From the NCBI GenBank assembly GCA_963693365.1, contig CAVNZM010000007.1, positions 7,871,962-7,935,961 on the forward strand: 64,000 nt of DNA, read 5' to 3'. Each line of letters opens with the position of its first letter. Positions within the stretch are counted from its first letter, which is position 1. The DNA is from Amoebidium appalachense (lineage: Eukaryota; Protista; Ichthyosporea). Shown here piece after piece: positions 14,092-28,603 of this stretch. The translations under genes and the position numbers were made by a program. The notes beneath the pieces are model-generated. The model saw only the letters and a list, made by a program, of their open reading frames with translations. It was not told where the DNA came from and made no database searches.

Positions 14092-14936
14092 CCCCACCCC
14101 TCCACACACACCATCGAATCCATCCGTGTACCCCTATGCCCGTCAAAAATTCTTCACTGGCATAAAACGCACCATCAGAGACAGTGATTATGCCTCTGTA
14201 TGAGATCATAGCAGTGTGTGTGATCAGCTTAACCTCCCCATGTGCAACAGCTCCGTTATTCAATGTCCTTGTAGTTTCGCAAGTTTGCCCCAGGACAATT
14301 CGCAACTCCGTTTATCGGTTCTGAATTCATGGGTTCGATCCCTTCCCCCCCCCCCCCCACCCCCTCGCTTCAAACACATGCACACACACACACGCCCGCT
14401 CAAACCAGCAAGCAACACACCCACCTCCATACAGTCGCAAGCACACACGTGTGCTCGCACGTAAACACACACACACACACATAAAAGAGAGCAAGAACAA
14501 AGAACACAAAGTTTCACACACCATCGTCCCCTGCACACACACACACACACACACACACCACACCATCGTCCCCTGCACACACACACACACGCACACACGC
14601 ACACACCCACCCACCCACCCACCCACCCACCCACCCACCCACCCACCCACCCACCTGCTGGTTACTGTGGTCGGCCATTGGTCTTTGGTAGTGGTCGGGT
14701 GCACTCTGTCTGCGGTGGTGCTGCCCCCCTGCTGCAAACACCACCCACTTATTAGGCTAAATACCCAAGATTCCCTTTCCGGGGGTGGGGGGGGCAAGGG
14801 GGGCACGACCACAGGAGTTTTTGTGCCGACTTTTTGCCTACTTCTGCTCTAACGAAAATGCTCACAGGCAAGGATATCAGGGTGTGTCTCGCATTGTCAT
14901 CTAACAGTTAATATAGGGTAAAAGAAACTGCGAAGC

Positions 14937-14973
<37 letters not shown>

Positions 14974-15216
14974 ACACACACACACCTTTTTTTTTTTTTG
15001 GAATTAAACAGTGAGCAGTATGCTATTAATGTGTGTGTGTGTGTGTGTGTGTGGGCGTGCGCAGGACGGAGGGGGGTGGGTGGGTGGGAGACGGGAAAAT
15101 GGGAAAATGAAGCATCGGTATTGCAGTCAACTAAAGGCCGCCTCAACTCATTCTTTCACCTTTTCCCCATCCCCCCGAAACACACATACACAAACGCACA
15201 CACACACGCGCGCGCT

Positions 15217-15251
<35 letters not shown>

Positions 15252-16544
15252 CCCCACCCCCCCCCCCCTCCCCCCTCCGGCGCCCCTCCCCCCCCTCCCC
15301 CTCCCCCTTCCCCCAAACAACACACACCCATATCCACGCCCACACCCACCCACCTGGGCCTCCATGTCGCCTGTGGTATCCCTCACCCCGTCCATCCCAC
15401 CCCCTCTCCCTATCCCTCTCCCTCTCCCTGTCCCGTGGCCCCACACCCCCTGCCGCCGTCGCAGGTCTCCTCATTCTGAAAGCCTCCGCATTTGGATCGA
15501 GCTGTGTCTCTCCCGGCACATATCCGCCCGGTGGTGGCTCGTACAGGGTGGTGGCAAGCGCATGCCCGTGCACGTGTAAGTGTGTGCGTGGGTGGGGGCC
15601 GGGGCTAGAAACTGAGCCCTGAGCGCTACCGTGGCTGCCAGTGCTGTGGCGGCGGCCAAATTCATTGGCTGGGGGTGCATACCCACCACCAGGGTGCATC
15701 TGCATGGGCTGGAGAGAGGGGGTAAGAAAGTGCACGTGCCATGCTCATGCACGTGCAAGAAGGCAATGATGCACAGAGATGAGACAAAATGGACCCTGCA
15801 AACCAGAAACGGGGGGAAAAATTTAGGCTTTTAAACCAAGGTCCGTATCTACCATTTTAGACACGATCGAGGTTGATCCGACCGAGGATTCCAATTTGGC
15901 CTCGCGCCGCATATGAAGTTATCGAACCTATCAACCGGTCGAGGGCGTGACGTCATTTGTTAACAGTTGTCACACAACCGTTTTGGCGCTTAGCTTGAAA
16001 CTTTGCCGCAAAATCGTGTGTTTTCGTATGTCGACATCGGCAAAATGATATCGTCTCCTGATTGGTGAGCCACATCTGAGAAATGTGGCTCTCGGCTGCT
16101 CGCCGCCCAGAGGCTAAAATGGTAGATACGGAGGTTGATTTAAAGTTGCTTTATTGTTGTCGTTTGTTCGTTTTGGTGGTAGTCTTGGTAGTTGGGGGGA
16201 GAGGATAGTGGATGGTGGTGGTGGTGGTTGTGCAGAATAGGGGGAGATCAAGCACGTGTACTGATTCACCGAATTACACTTTTTACTATACAAGAGCAAG
16301 CCCCCCTCTCCCACCCTCCCCCCAGGCTAAAAACACACAACACACCCACAACATGCACATGCACACGCACACTCACGACCCTTAGTGCCGCAAGCACACC
16401 CTCACCTTGAACACCGGCACTGGGGTGGGCATCATCTGAGCCTGCTCGTAGTGGTAGTGTGGCATCCACTGCATGCCGGGGTAGAACATGGCTGCAGGCG
16501 GCATGGCCCCGTACATGTCCGTGTGCATGCCTCCGTAGCCTGGG

Positions 16545-16576
<32 letters not shown>

Positions 16577-16757
16577 GTGAATGTATATGTATGAATTGAG
16601 TGAGTGTGTGACTGAGTGAGTGTGTGTGTGCATGTGTGTGGTTGAACGCAAGAATTCAGCAGCTGCGGCTGAGTGGATACAAATCTTCTGTTTGCCTGCC
16701 TGTGCTTACACGGTACATGCACGTGCGTGTTTGTGTGGTTGCCGATGTTACGTAGCG

Positions 16758-16793
<36 letters not shown>

Positions 16794-16864
16794 GGATGGT
16801 TGGCTGATTGCTTAGTGAGCCTGGCCAGATATAGACGTGAGTGTGTGTGTGTGTATGAGAGAAT

Positions 16865-16903
<39 letters not shown>

Positions 16904-17129
16904 TGTGTGTGTGTGTGTTGTGTGTGGTCTATGGTGGAGGGGGAATGGCCGGGGGGGGGGGGGGGGGGGGGGGGAGAGAGAGAGAGAGAGAGGTACGCAG
17001 AGAGAGAGAGAGAGAGAGGTACAGAGAGAGAGGGGTACAGAGAGGGGAGAAGGGGGAGAGGGAGAGAGCGAGAGACAGAGAGAGTGTGAGAGAGAGAGAG
17101 AGAGAGAGTGAGTGAGAGAGAGAGAGAGT

Positions 17130-17217
<88 letters not shown>

Positions 17218-17634
17218 TGTATTTTCCATTTATCTTTACTTTATTCACATATATAGTAGCTTTACACTTAATGGGAATGGTTGCTTTTCTACGTTCGAGA
17301 GAGAGAGAGGGGGGGGGGTGATGTATGCGTTAGAGGGTTGGAAATATGGAGGAGACAACAAAGAGCAACAACAAAGCGTCACAAAGGTGGGAAATCCAAA
17401 ATCAAACAATTTAAGCGTGCAGGCAGAAGACATTTGAACAGAGCCCATCATCAGGGGGGTTCCTATGTCTCCACAAAAACATGGGTTTCGACTCTTTAAC
17501 CTCTCGCGCGTGGTTCCCAGGGGAGGGGGGAAGGGTGGTGGGTGGGTGGTGTTTTTTTTTTTTTTTTTTTTTTTTGGAAAGGGGGGGGGGGGGGGGGGGG
17601 CTTGCTATGCTGCTTTCTTTCCGTGTGTGTGTGT

Positions 17635-17680
<46 letters not shown>

Positions 17681-18227
17681 ACATGAGTGCGCGAATGATG
17701 TTTGCATGCTTGCATGCATGCGGGCCTGTGCCTGTGTGTGTGTGTGCCTGCACGCATACATGTATGCCTGTGTATGTATCATCTGCAGCAACGATTGTGG
17801 CACATGGGGGCCACACACCCATGGGGTCCATATGCTGGGGAAAAGGGGCAGCCATGGGGTCAAACACGTGCATCTCTGGAGGCATGTCGTGCACAGGCAC
17901 CATCATGGGTGGGCCCGAGAACGAGTTGCCCTTTTTAAACCCGTTTTTCGGGGGATATGACCTGTGCCACCCAATCAGTGCATGCACCAGGTCATATGGA
18001 TGATCGTGGCCTTGACTTCCAGAACGAATACAATCTTTTTCTTGAAAAATGGAGGATTCAGAGAAGGAATTGTATCAGACGAAATCCCCCCCCCCCCCCC
18101 CCCCCCTCTTCTCATCAACAACCAAAAAAAAACAAAAAAACAAAAAAAAAAAAAAAACACACTGCCCTGCTTCACACAACCTAATTACACGTCCCGACTA
18201 AAAGGGGGGAGAGGGAGAGGGGAGGTG

Positions 18228-18273
<46 letters not shown>

Positions 18274-18333
18274 GGGGTGAGGGTGTAAATGCCGCAAGGA
18301 GTGCGAATCACACATGCGCCGGGGGGTGATCAA

Positions 18334-18368
<35 letters not shown>

Positions 18369-19025
18369 ACACAGTGAAAACTAGAAGACACAAAAGGGTA
18401 CGATATAAGAAAAAAAAAACCCCCGTGGGTTGACAGGAGGGGAGGGGAGGGCACGGGGAAGGGGGAAGAGGGGGGGATAAGGCAAACATACGTCGCACGC
18501 AGCAGATTTTCGGACTTAATACGGGCCTTGATGGAGGTACCCTGCCCAGAAAGAATTAGGGAGGTTACCACACACACCAATCCACCAAGCACACACTCTC
18601 TCTCACTCACCCCCCCCCCCCCCCCCCCCCCCCTCTCCCACACACATACACGCACACACACCCTCCCCTTTCCCCTCGGCAACTCTCACAAAACCCATTC
18701 CCCTTGCACCACCACCACCCTCACCCACATGCGCACCCAATCTCACCTTGAACACCATGTTGTGCGTGTGGTCAAACGCCGCACGTGTGTCCTCTTCCGT
18801 TTCGAATCCAATAAACCACATGTTGCCAATGTCGCACCTCACAGATGTTGGCCGTGGGAGTGCATCCCCCTTTTCTGTCACGTCAAATAGCCCCCATACC
18901 TCTTCCTCCTGCATTCCCCAACAGCAGTGATAAGATTGAATACCGTCTCACCTTGGCTATCAAAAGCCACTGCCTCCCCCCCCCCCCCCCCCCAAAAAAA
19001 AAAAATAAAATAAAATAAAAAATTA

Positions 19026-19060
<35 letters not shown>

Positions 19061-19598
19061 CCAAAAAAATAATACAAATTGAATCAAGATAGAAAGAGCC
19101 CATCCCAAACTCCTATCGGCGGGTGCAAGATGTGCAAAACAGCCCACTTGCCTTCTGCCTTCTTCCCTCCCCCCCTCCTTCCTCCCCCCCCCCCCCCCCC
19201 CCGCGCCCCCTTCCCCTCCCCCATATGTCTCCCCTCTCTGGCTCCCCAGTCTGCAATACGATACCCTACCTGCACCACCTCAAAAAAAGACCGATGTACA
19301 CCAAGACAACAACATTAGCACACAGACAAACACGCGGGCACACCCACACCCATAACTACACACTCTCCCGCCCCCCCCATCCCACCCCACCACCATATCC
19401 ATCCCTCTACCACACTCACTCAAGCGTACACACACACACGAGTACACACACAGCGCGCGCGCACGCACACACACGCACACACGCACACACCGTGGTGCCA
19501 GCAGGCAGCTCCCTCAGGATAAGTGTGTTGCGCTTCAGACTGGCAACCGGTCTGACCTTGCTGTTGGTTTCGTCCACCTGCAAGTCACCCACCGTCAG

Positions 19599-19645
<47 letters not shown>

Positions 19646-21118
19646 ACTGTTGTTTCTTATCGAACTCGGTAAGGGTGCCTTGGAGAGGGAGGGGTGAAGA
19701 GGAGGAGTAGACGCATCAGGGAAAAAAAGGTAGGGGAAGGGGGGGGATGTCAATGTGCGTGAAGCACTTTTTTCCTAGTTAGTAAATGGGGAAGGGGCTG
19801 GAGCGCGGAGGGGAGGGGGGGGGGGGGGGATGTCATTTTGTGTAATGCCCTTTGTTCTTAGTAAATGAGGAAGGGGAGGTGCTGACCAAGTGGCGTTGTC
19901 AGCGCTTTGGCGTGCCTGTGTGTCTTGATGTGCTCCCCCCCCCCCCCCCCCCCCCCCCGGCCCCCTCCCCACCATCACTACCACCACACAACACCCTTCC
20001 TTGCCAAGTCTCCTCCCCCACCCTTCCCCCCCATCCCATGTGACATATCCCTTTCTAACTGTCCTTGCTTATGCTTAATCCCCATCCTTCCCCCCCCCCC
20101 CCCCCCCCCTCAATACACACAAACCACTCACCCACCCCTTCCCAACCCATTAATCTCACAATTCCTCCGTATTGTTACTTGTTATCTTGGCTGTCTTTCA
20201 TGTGCTTTGGGGGGGGACGTACTATGCAGTACCAAAATCCCCCCCCCCCCCCCCCCCCCTCCGTCCACACAAAGTACAACCCCCCCCCCCCCCCCAAAAA
20301 AAAAAAAGAGAGAGAAAAAAAAAATAGGGAGAGACCGCGAAGGGCCATCAAACATGATATGATAGTCACCTGGACGAGGGAAGACTGCCTCAGGGCATGG
20401 ACAATCAGGTCCATATCGGTGGTCATACTGCGCACCATCTTGAAGCTGGCAATGGTTGCTATGGGCACGTACAGGTCGTGGTCCATCTGCGACACAAGAA
20501 ACGCATCCTGCGACAGGTTGTCCCGGCTGAAGTAGTATTCTAGTTGTCTTTGGAGAGCTTCTTGAAGCGCCGCTTCCTCCCCTGACATTAAACGTATGGT
20601 AAGATATCAAACACCGTAGGGGATTGCCCAGGTTGTATAACTAAAGATAAACGTACAGTAAAATATAAAGTGGAAGCAGAGCTATAACAGCTCCCCCACC
20701 TCCCCCCCACACACATACAAAAAAAAAAAGACAACGTGTTAGGAGTTAGCGCCCAAATTCTACAAGCATTACACATGTCGGATACTCGAAACGGGTGTAG
20801 CTTTTCAACCCGATGCCAGGCCCCAACCCACACCATACGCTAACCCATTGCAAGATAGGTGAGAAAGACCAACACAAACATCATATCTGTTTATATCGAG
20901 CGCACATGAAGTGATGCAGGTTACAGTATGCAATGTTAGAATACTTGCTCCGAGGACAATAAACGAAATTATACGTCCTGTATATGATGTGTTTCTAGAC
21001 ACAAGGAGGAAAAATAACAGCATTTTTTTTTTTAAAAAGGCGCGGGGGGGGGGGGGGGGGGGGGGGGGAGGGGGGGAGGCTCTATGAAAAAAATTGCATT
21101 ATGGAAAATTCCTGAAGG

Positions 21119-21150
<32 letters not shown>

Positions 21151-21210
21151 GAGAGGGGGAGGGGGGAGGGAGGGACAACAGGGCCAGAAAACCGGGAGGC
21201 GACAAACAAA

Positions 21211-21274
<64 letters not shown>

Positions 21275-21358
21275 GGGGGGAGGGAGAGGGGGGGGAGAGG
21301 GAGAAGGGGAGGGAGAGGGGGAGAGAGATGGGGGGAGGGAGAGGGGGGGGGGGAGGGG

Positions 21359-21428
<70 letters not shown>

Positions 21429-21680
21429 CGAGGAAACAGTGCGCGCGAGGAGTCGCAGAGAGGGTGGGGAAAACAGCAGGATGGGCGGAATGATTCTACA
21501 AGCTGGCACCAGGATGTGTAGATCTCTGTTGCCTCTCGAACCACAGAAATAAGAACAGAACCACACAAAACAGTTCTTACCAGTGTATTCTTCATAGTGC
21601 CTCCTCTCTGGCGCAGCGGTGTTCTCGTGTGGATGTCCGCCAGCCACGGGGCCAGCCACCCCACCAAACTCCTGTGCCAT
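10172..21680 (-). CDS. LARP4: La-related protein 4-like RNA-binding protein (La motif + RRM-L, PAM2-like motif)
   Basis: Phase-consistent GT-AG exons: 21680-21581, 20581-20370 (LQRQLEYYFSRDNLSQDAFLVSQMD..YVPIATIASFKMV, La motif), 19577-19491 (KRNTLILRELP), 18908-18747 (WFIGFETEEDT, RRM), 18541-18492 (IKARIKSE), 17961-17819, 16539-16406, 15708-15354 (LDPNAEAF), 14731-14655, 13978-13918, 13397-13320 (NESFPPLP), 13039-12889, 11249-11021 (SYAQML), probable last exon 10261-10172. The 3' exons are less certain. Confidence 0.88.
12048..12421. mobile_element. MITE in LARP4 intron
   Basis: ~28-bp imperfect TIRs taatatgtaccttccacgagaagacact / ggtgtcttctcgtagaaggcacatatta enclosing non-coding, microsatellite-free sequence. 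Confidence 0.75.
15835..16139. mobile_element. MITE with TTAA flanks in LARP4 intron
   Basis: TIRs accaaggtccgtatctaccattttag / ctaaaatggtagatacggaggttgat; TTAA at 15831-15834 and 16140-16143. Confidence 0.8.
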
Positions 21681-23381
21681 TTTTTTCCCCTGTCTGATGA
21701 AGCATTCGGCAGAGATGTGCTTTTTCTATGCCTTTTTGGGAACAGCAACTGCTGGTTTCAAAGTAGTACCACAATGTACAAATTGAGAAATCGAAAAGAC
21801 CACTTTTGGCTAAGAAACTGTACCAGAAAATTGTAGCTGTCAGGAACGAAGACTGTGTGTGAGCTGGGCGGTGACACACACTAATCCTATGAACGTAAAC
21901 CTCCAGGGGTGTGTGTGCAGAAGCAGTTCGTCCCAGGTGAATGTCAAATTTAAACGGTATCGAAAGTCAACAAGAAGTTTATTAAGGTCTCTGCTAAGCC
22001 GTCGGCATCACAACACACCGGCTACGTGTGTGCTGCTCGCACCCCAACAAGGAACCTCGTAACACGTGACCAAAACTAGTGAACTGGTCGTTTTTGTAAC
22101 CGCAAAGATCCGAGGACGTTAAAGGGGCAAAAAAAAAAAAAAGAAGCAACTACTCTTGTCTACAAAAAGAAAAAAAGGAGAAGAAGGAGAAGGAAAGAAG
22201 GAAAAAATAAAACAAAAACAAAAACTTTGTACTTTCTGAGGCACTCTTCGTGCGGTGGCGCTGAAACGTTGTTTGAACAAGGCTCGATTAGACGCATGGC
22301 TGACTCAATCGATTCGGATATCCAGCCGGACTCGGCTTGGCCCGCTATTTGTAGCCCAGACCCGATCGTTTTGTCGTTGTACCGAACCGTGATTATACCT
22401 TCCCAAAAATGACAATAGGCCATATGCATATGAAACTTTTTTTCTTCAACAAAAAAATGATCGAAGTTGTCCCGAAACTGCATCATAAATTGCCCCAGGG
22501 GCTATTCTGCCTCTTACACTGCCTGGGCCGGTGAGTGTGACTGCAGTGTAATGCATAGCGGATCGGAGCTTCGGAAGGAACCGAGCCGGTGAGCCTTCAG
22601 AGGCGGGAGTGCCTCCGCCAATCAACGCATTTTCTTGCTCTCTCTCTATACCTCCCCATGAACGCTGGGCGGAACTGACCAAGTCGATTGGCACCACTTT
22701 CTCTCATGCTTCGCGTATACATCTAGTAGTAAACAAAATTGGCTTGATGCAAAAATGTTTCTACCTGACATTATGTAACCCTTTTTGTTCATCAGTGTAC
22801 TGTCTTAGCTGCTTATTACAATGCGTCCTTCATCTGCTTTGTGCCTGAATAAATATTACCGACAGGAGTCCTGCAGAAAACTAGGGTGATTCAACTAGTG
22901 AGCCAATCATAGGTGGCTCACCTATCCGGAAGCACGTGGATATTCATGGTCATTTTCACGAGTATCGGCCGGATGTTTTAGTTTACATGTAATTCAGCAA
23001 ACATGGACACTCACAATCGTAATTTTTAAGCAACTTGTCATGTGGTGCTATCGTAACGCCACAAGGTACTCAGTGTACAGTCAGGTACTGTACCGGTTCG
23101 GACCATTCAAACTGCGGGCCGCCCCGATTTTGCCTTCCTAATAAAGGCAAAGGCTATTAAAGGCGTGATATTTAACCAATCTTTCTTAAGTAAAAAGTGC
23201 ATACTAAGGGGTCTTCAGGGTTTTTAACAATTTAAACTGACGTCGCAGCTAATGATTACACTTAACATACAATAAAATAATGCATATATATATATATATA
23301 TATTAATAAATTGATAAGTTGGAATAGTAGCCCATAGCCCTGAGCTGCATATCCCCCGTTAAAATTATTCATGTATTATAG

Positions 23382-23443
23382 CCAATCATAAAGCCTTCAT
23401 CTGCGGCCAATCCACGCGCATTGGTCATTCCACAACATCCAAT
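23382..23443. promoter_or_regulatory. Cluster of four CCAAT boxes in the divergent LARP4/HMG intergenic region
   Basis: CCAAT at 23382, 23407, 23439 and ATTGG at 23420. Confidence 0.4.
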
Positions 23444-24582
23444 CAGGTTGGGCCATGAAAGGGTCATTGTCTTGACAATACACGTGGTTGTTACAGCTCA
23501 TGGTTTTGTAAAGAAAGAACATTTTGCCATGATATTGTGACACTGGTGCTTTATAATAAACGTGGTTTTCATGATTGGTGTTTCCTAATTTTCTACATAG
23601 TACATCATAGCTGGTGGAGCTTTATATGTGTATGGCGTCATGAACTCATGATCATCCCAACCGGCCACGGTACCAATATCTTTCCATGATATGGGTTACA
23701 TGCCAGCAAAGCCCCGCTAAATATGTTGCCTTTAAAAAGGAACTAAATGCTATTTGGCGAATGTTCTGTTAGTGCAGGTGTGTTATGGAAAAAAGCTAAG
23801 CTACATATGAGATTTCAAACTATAGGTATCATATTTCTATGAATGTTTTCCATGTCAAAATATCACACACAGCAGACAGGGTTTACACCGCTCGGATCTT
23901 TGTCCAGTATGCATGAAGCATCTTATTGGCCAACTTATAATTAAATAGTGCATTAAAATTAATCTAAAGACGTTAAGGACATGGAACGTTTATAAATTTT
24001 ATTTCATTGCTACAAATCACTTTATCTCAGAATCCAGTCTGACGTGAGCGCTCAGCCGGCAGCTAAAATGCGGACAGCGTTCGTTACACAGCTGAGGGTG
24101 TCACCGGCAAGTGTGTTGCTGACCTTGGTTGTGAAGAACATCGATAAAAGGATATGCTAAAGAGTAACAAAGAAAGCTTAGGAAGGCGCACTGCCTAGAG
24201 AAAAAAAAATATCTGCTATTTTTTGAAGAATTATTTAGCTTTTTTTTTTCTTCACGCCTCTGGCTGTATTTTAACCGGCACCATGACAGTGTAGGGTACA
24301 CGACAAAACTGTTCGCTTACTAACCGACCACGGGAACCTCCATGACCTTTAGCTCCCATGATAGGTATGTTCTGTGTGCGCTTATACGGGTAACTTTTTC
24401 CGGTGTCCCCTCTTTCCTTTTTGTTCTTTTGCACTTCTTGTGCGCTTTGAATAGAATAGTACTTTGTGACTTAATTACTGAAGTGTTGATTAATAGGGTG
24501 CTCGCAAACGTTGAACACGGTCAACTCAGGGGGTTTGCTGTGGAAGCCCCCCGCCACTCTCCCTTACCCCCTTACCTGCGCA

Positions 24583-24614
<32 letters not shown>

Positions 24615-25574
24615 GGTTTGCTTTATTAGTACATACAACAACAGCATGTACACAAGCACGGCATTTGCTGAATGTACTTTTCGCACACAAATTGAGCTCC
24701 ACGCCAGGTTATTATTTTCACGCACTAGAGGTAGTACTTCTAGCTGTTGTTTTTTTTTTTTGTTATTCTTTTTTCTATCTGGACACGTTCTCTCTTCACA
24801 TATAGCTATTGGTAGAAATGCAGAGGCCACGTCTTTTTTGTTAGTTTTTTGTGCTGGTTCCCGGTGGCTGACGTACCGTGTTGACTGCGTCACTTGCTGC
24901 CTCCCATCACCGGTTGTCTGCTTATCATTTCCCTGCCCATCTGTACACCCGCTAGCTGTGAAATGTGAACTCTCTCCTCATAAGCGCCCTGTCCTGTACT
25001 ACTTCGGAACTCTTCTCCCTTATCCAACATCTCTCTCTGCTTCTCAAATGTTTTATGCATCTGCGGGGTTCGTATAGCTCCAATCCGTCGAAGCTTTCTG
25101 ACGGAGTGCTTGCTTGTAGTCATTGCTCGTTTGTGTTTCTTTCGTGTTGTTGTGCATGGCTGGGTGCCCGTGTGGGTTTATTCCGCGTAAAACTGCAGTG
25201 AGGTACATTTTTCTTCCTGTGTTCGACACCTATTGACCACTGCACTCGTAGCTTCATGCACGGGTGTGCTTTGCATGATTATGCCTATGTGCCCGTGTTA
25301 TCTTAGAGAGGAAGTTCTGTATGTGTACGTGTAAATGTGTGTGTGCACGGAAGTCCGTGCTCCTGCTCAGCCATCCTTGTCTGAAATTCTTGTTTTCCGG
25401 CTATTCAGGTGGCCTTGGAAGAAAACGATTCTCCCAATAGCAGACACGATTACTAGGCCATGCCTGTTTTTAGCCATCAGATTTTGTCATTGACAGCTAT
25501 TTTCAGCACTTATTAACTTTCTTTGTTTACATTTCATAACATCCACCCCTCCCGTCCGTCCGTCATTCTAATCC

Positions 25575-26294
25575 ATGTTGCCTACAGGCACAACTAGCAG
25601 GATGACAACTGTGGAGGAGGTTTCTTCACAAACGCAAAGCAGCACACATGTGGGTGCTGGCATAGCCCTGTCAGCAGTCCAGCCATTTGGCGAAAACATG
25701 ATTAGTACTGGTAGGCAACATAAACGCAGGAACACATTTGACAGCCTGGGGAGCGGGAATATCTCAGACATGGAGAGGCAAGGGGGTGAACCTGGGGCAA
25801 AGGGAGGTGGAGGGAAGGTGACGACGAAGTCGGGTGGGAGGAGGTCACGCAGGTCTACTTTGAGCGAGCTTATACAAACAGGTAAGACAAACAGCTTGTT
25901 GCTCATGTTGCTCAGGGGTGGTGATGGCCTTTCCTCCCTGTCAATAAATATTTCCCCTTCTTTCTCCTATTTTCCTCCAACTCGCCTTGGTTTGGTGTTC
26001 GTTTCAGCTGCATTGCTCCTCGCACTCTCTGGTGGTGCTTTTCACTAACCATGGACCCCCCCCCCCCCCCCCCCCCGCCCTGTCTCCCGCCGTCTCATCT
26101 ACTACTTGCGGTAGGTTGAAGCATTGGTTATTGTTTTTTGACCAACGAGAAATTTGTACGACTGACTACCGAAATCTCTGGGTGTGGAATGTGGAAGGAG
26201 CTTTTGATCAGGTTGCAGGGAATCGAACGTTTATAGCCCACATGACCTTGACGATGCTGTTTCTTTCCTATTTCTCTGTTTTTTCTTTTTTCTT

Positions 26295-26342
<48 letters not shown>

Positions 26343-27111
26343 TATATTTCTCAGGTACCACGGACACGTCCATGCACATGGGTCCTGTTCCAGTGGTTTG
26401 TTCGGGTCAACTCTCGTCAGATTCGACGGGTCAGAATGGGTAAGTGCTCCTCACTTCTGTTGCCTTTTTATTATTTATTTTTTATTTATTTATTTTTCTC
26501 CTCATTGCTTTTCCATCTCTTCCGCGAGGCTGCATGTGCGTGTGTGCGTGTGTGCATGCGTATGTACGTTTCTGGATGGCATAGTTGTGGTGTGCTTTGG
26601 TGGGCTGCCCGTTCGTTATTCATATATAGTTGTCTTTGCATGTGTGCGTGTGTGCACTTAGGGTCGGGGGGCAGGCGTGTGTGTGGGTGGGGGGGGGGGG
26701 GGGGGGAGGGGGGGGGGAGGGGGGGGGGGGGGGGGGGGGGGGGGATGTTTGGAGCGGGACTAATATTTGTTTTGGTTGCCCCCGGGGCTGCAGAGGTAGC
26801 GGGCTCTTCTCTGGAAAGAAATCGCTGAAGCCAAAATGGTAAGTTTTTTTTTTTTTTTTTTTTTTTTTTTTGGTGCTAAGATGCCTCTTTTTTTTTTCTT
26901 TTCCTTTTTTTTTTTTTTTTTTTTTTTTTGCATCCGTGAAATGCAGTTATGTACATTCAATTATCTGAGTAACTCTTGAGGTCTTGCTGCAAACCTACGT
27001 TGTCTTCCCTTTGAATAGCTGACGCGGCTTGGATTGGGATCCCCCCCCCCCCAAAAAAAAAAAAAAAAAAAAAAGGATTTTATAATCTTCATGATAATAA
27101 CAATTTTTTTT

Positions 27112-27163
<52 letters not shown>

Positions 27164-27570
27164 AGGGGGCCAAGGTCTACGACCTAGCACGACTTTTTCT
27201 TTTTTTCTTTTTTTTTTTTCTTTTTTTTGCATCCGTGAAATGCAGTTATGTACATTCAATTATCTGAGTAACTCTTGAGGTCTTGCTGCAAGCCTACGTT
27301 GTCTTCCTTTTGAATAGCTGACGCGGCTTGGATTGGGATCTCCCCCCCCCCCCCCCCCCCCCCCCCCCCAACAACAACAACAAAAAAAAAAAAAGGATTT
27401 TATAATCTTAATGATAATAACAAATAAAAGAAATAAGTAATGATGATAAATGGATAAAAAGAAAAGCAAAAACAAACATGGAATAACCCACATGCACAGC
27501 ACCCAACCTCCACAATCGCAATCTTCACATTCTCTGCATGTGTGCCCGTGCATACACACGCGCGCGCGTG

Positions 27571-27632
<62 letters not shown>

Positions 27633-27682
27633 AACACACACACAAACACAAACATAAACATAAACACACACACGTGAGTGCC

Positions 27683-27720
<38 letters not shown>

Positions 27721-28199
27721 CCCCTCTGACTTTCCTTCCCCTATCTCCTATCCACCCATACCACCCACATTTTTTCTAGGAGGCGCCACCGCCTGCCTGT
27801 TCGTTGCAACAACCCGGTTCAGGAAGCGATGATGTTCAACTTTGTAGTCAACGACCCAGAGGCACAGGTGCACTGGCTGGGTGACCCCCCATCAGAAGGC
27901 GCCGTGTCGGATGGTGTAAACCTCGGGAATATGGCGGCGGCCGATGATGGGCCGGCGGGAGATGGTGTGGAGCACATGGGCGCCATGGCTGTGGGTGGAG
28001 GGTTGGGGGAGGACGAGGCTGTTCAGGTAGACCCGGAGGTGTGTGCTTGCACGGTTTTGAGGTTTTGAGGGTGTGCGCAAAAAAATATAACCTTTATTTT
28101 TATTTCTAATTTTTTTGGTGGTGGTGGTGTGTGTGATTGGGGGTGAGGCTGTGTATGCGAATGCGAGTGTGTGTGTGTGTGTGTGTGTTTGTGTGTGTG

Positions 28200-28243
<44 letters not shown>

Positions 28244-28468
28244 TGTTTTTGGGAGGGCAATTGTTCGTGAATGTGCACGCATTTTTTGGCCTTGGCCTCA
28301 TGTCATGTTTGCCTGCTGATCCTTCGCTGCATTGATCTTATCGTTATGATTAGACTGTCTTGAAGTTTCTGTCAGTCAGCCCCTGTCCCCTAACGAAACA
28401 CACACTCACTCACTCACTCACTCTCTCACTCGTACGCAGTGACTCGTGCAAGTGCGCGCACGCGCACG

Positions 28469-28499
<31 letters not shown>

Positions 28500-28533
28500 A
28501 GTACCCACACACAGGCACGCACACACACACAGG

Positions 28534-28603
<70 letters not shown>

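Noticed and set aside
26113-26212. Extra HMG-gene exon [13 protein letters not shown]...
   Set aside because: Splice phases are incompatible with the flanking exons, which join directly in phase 1
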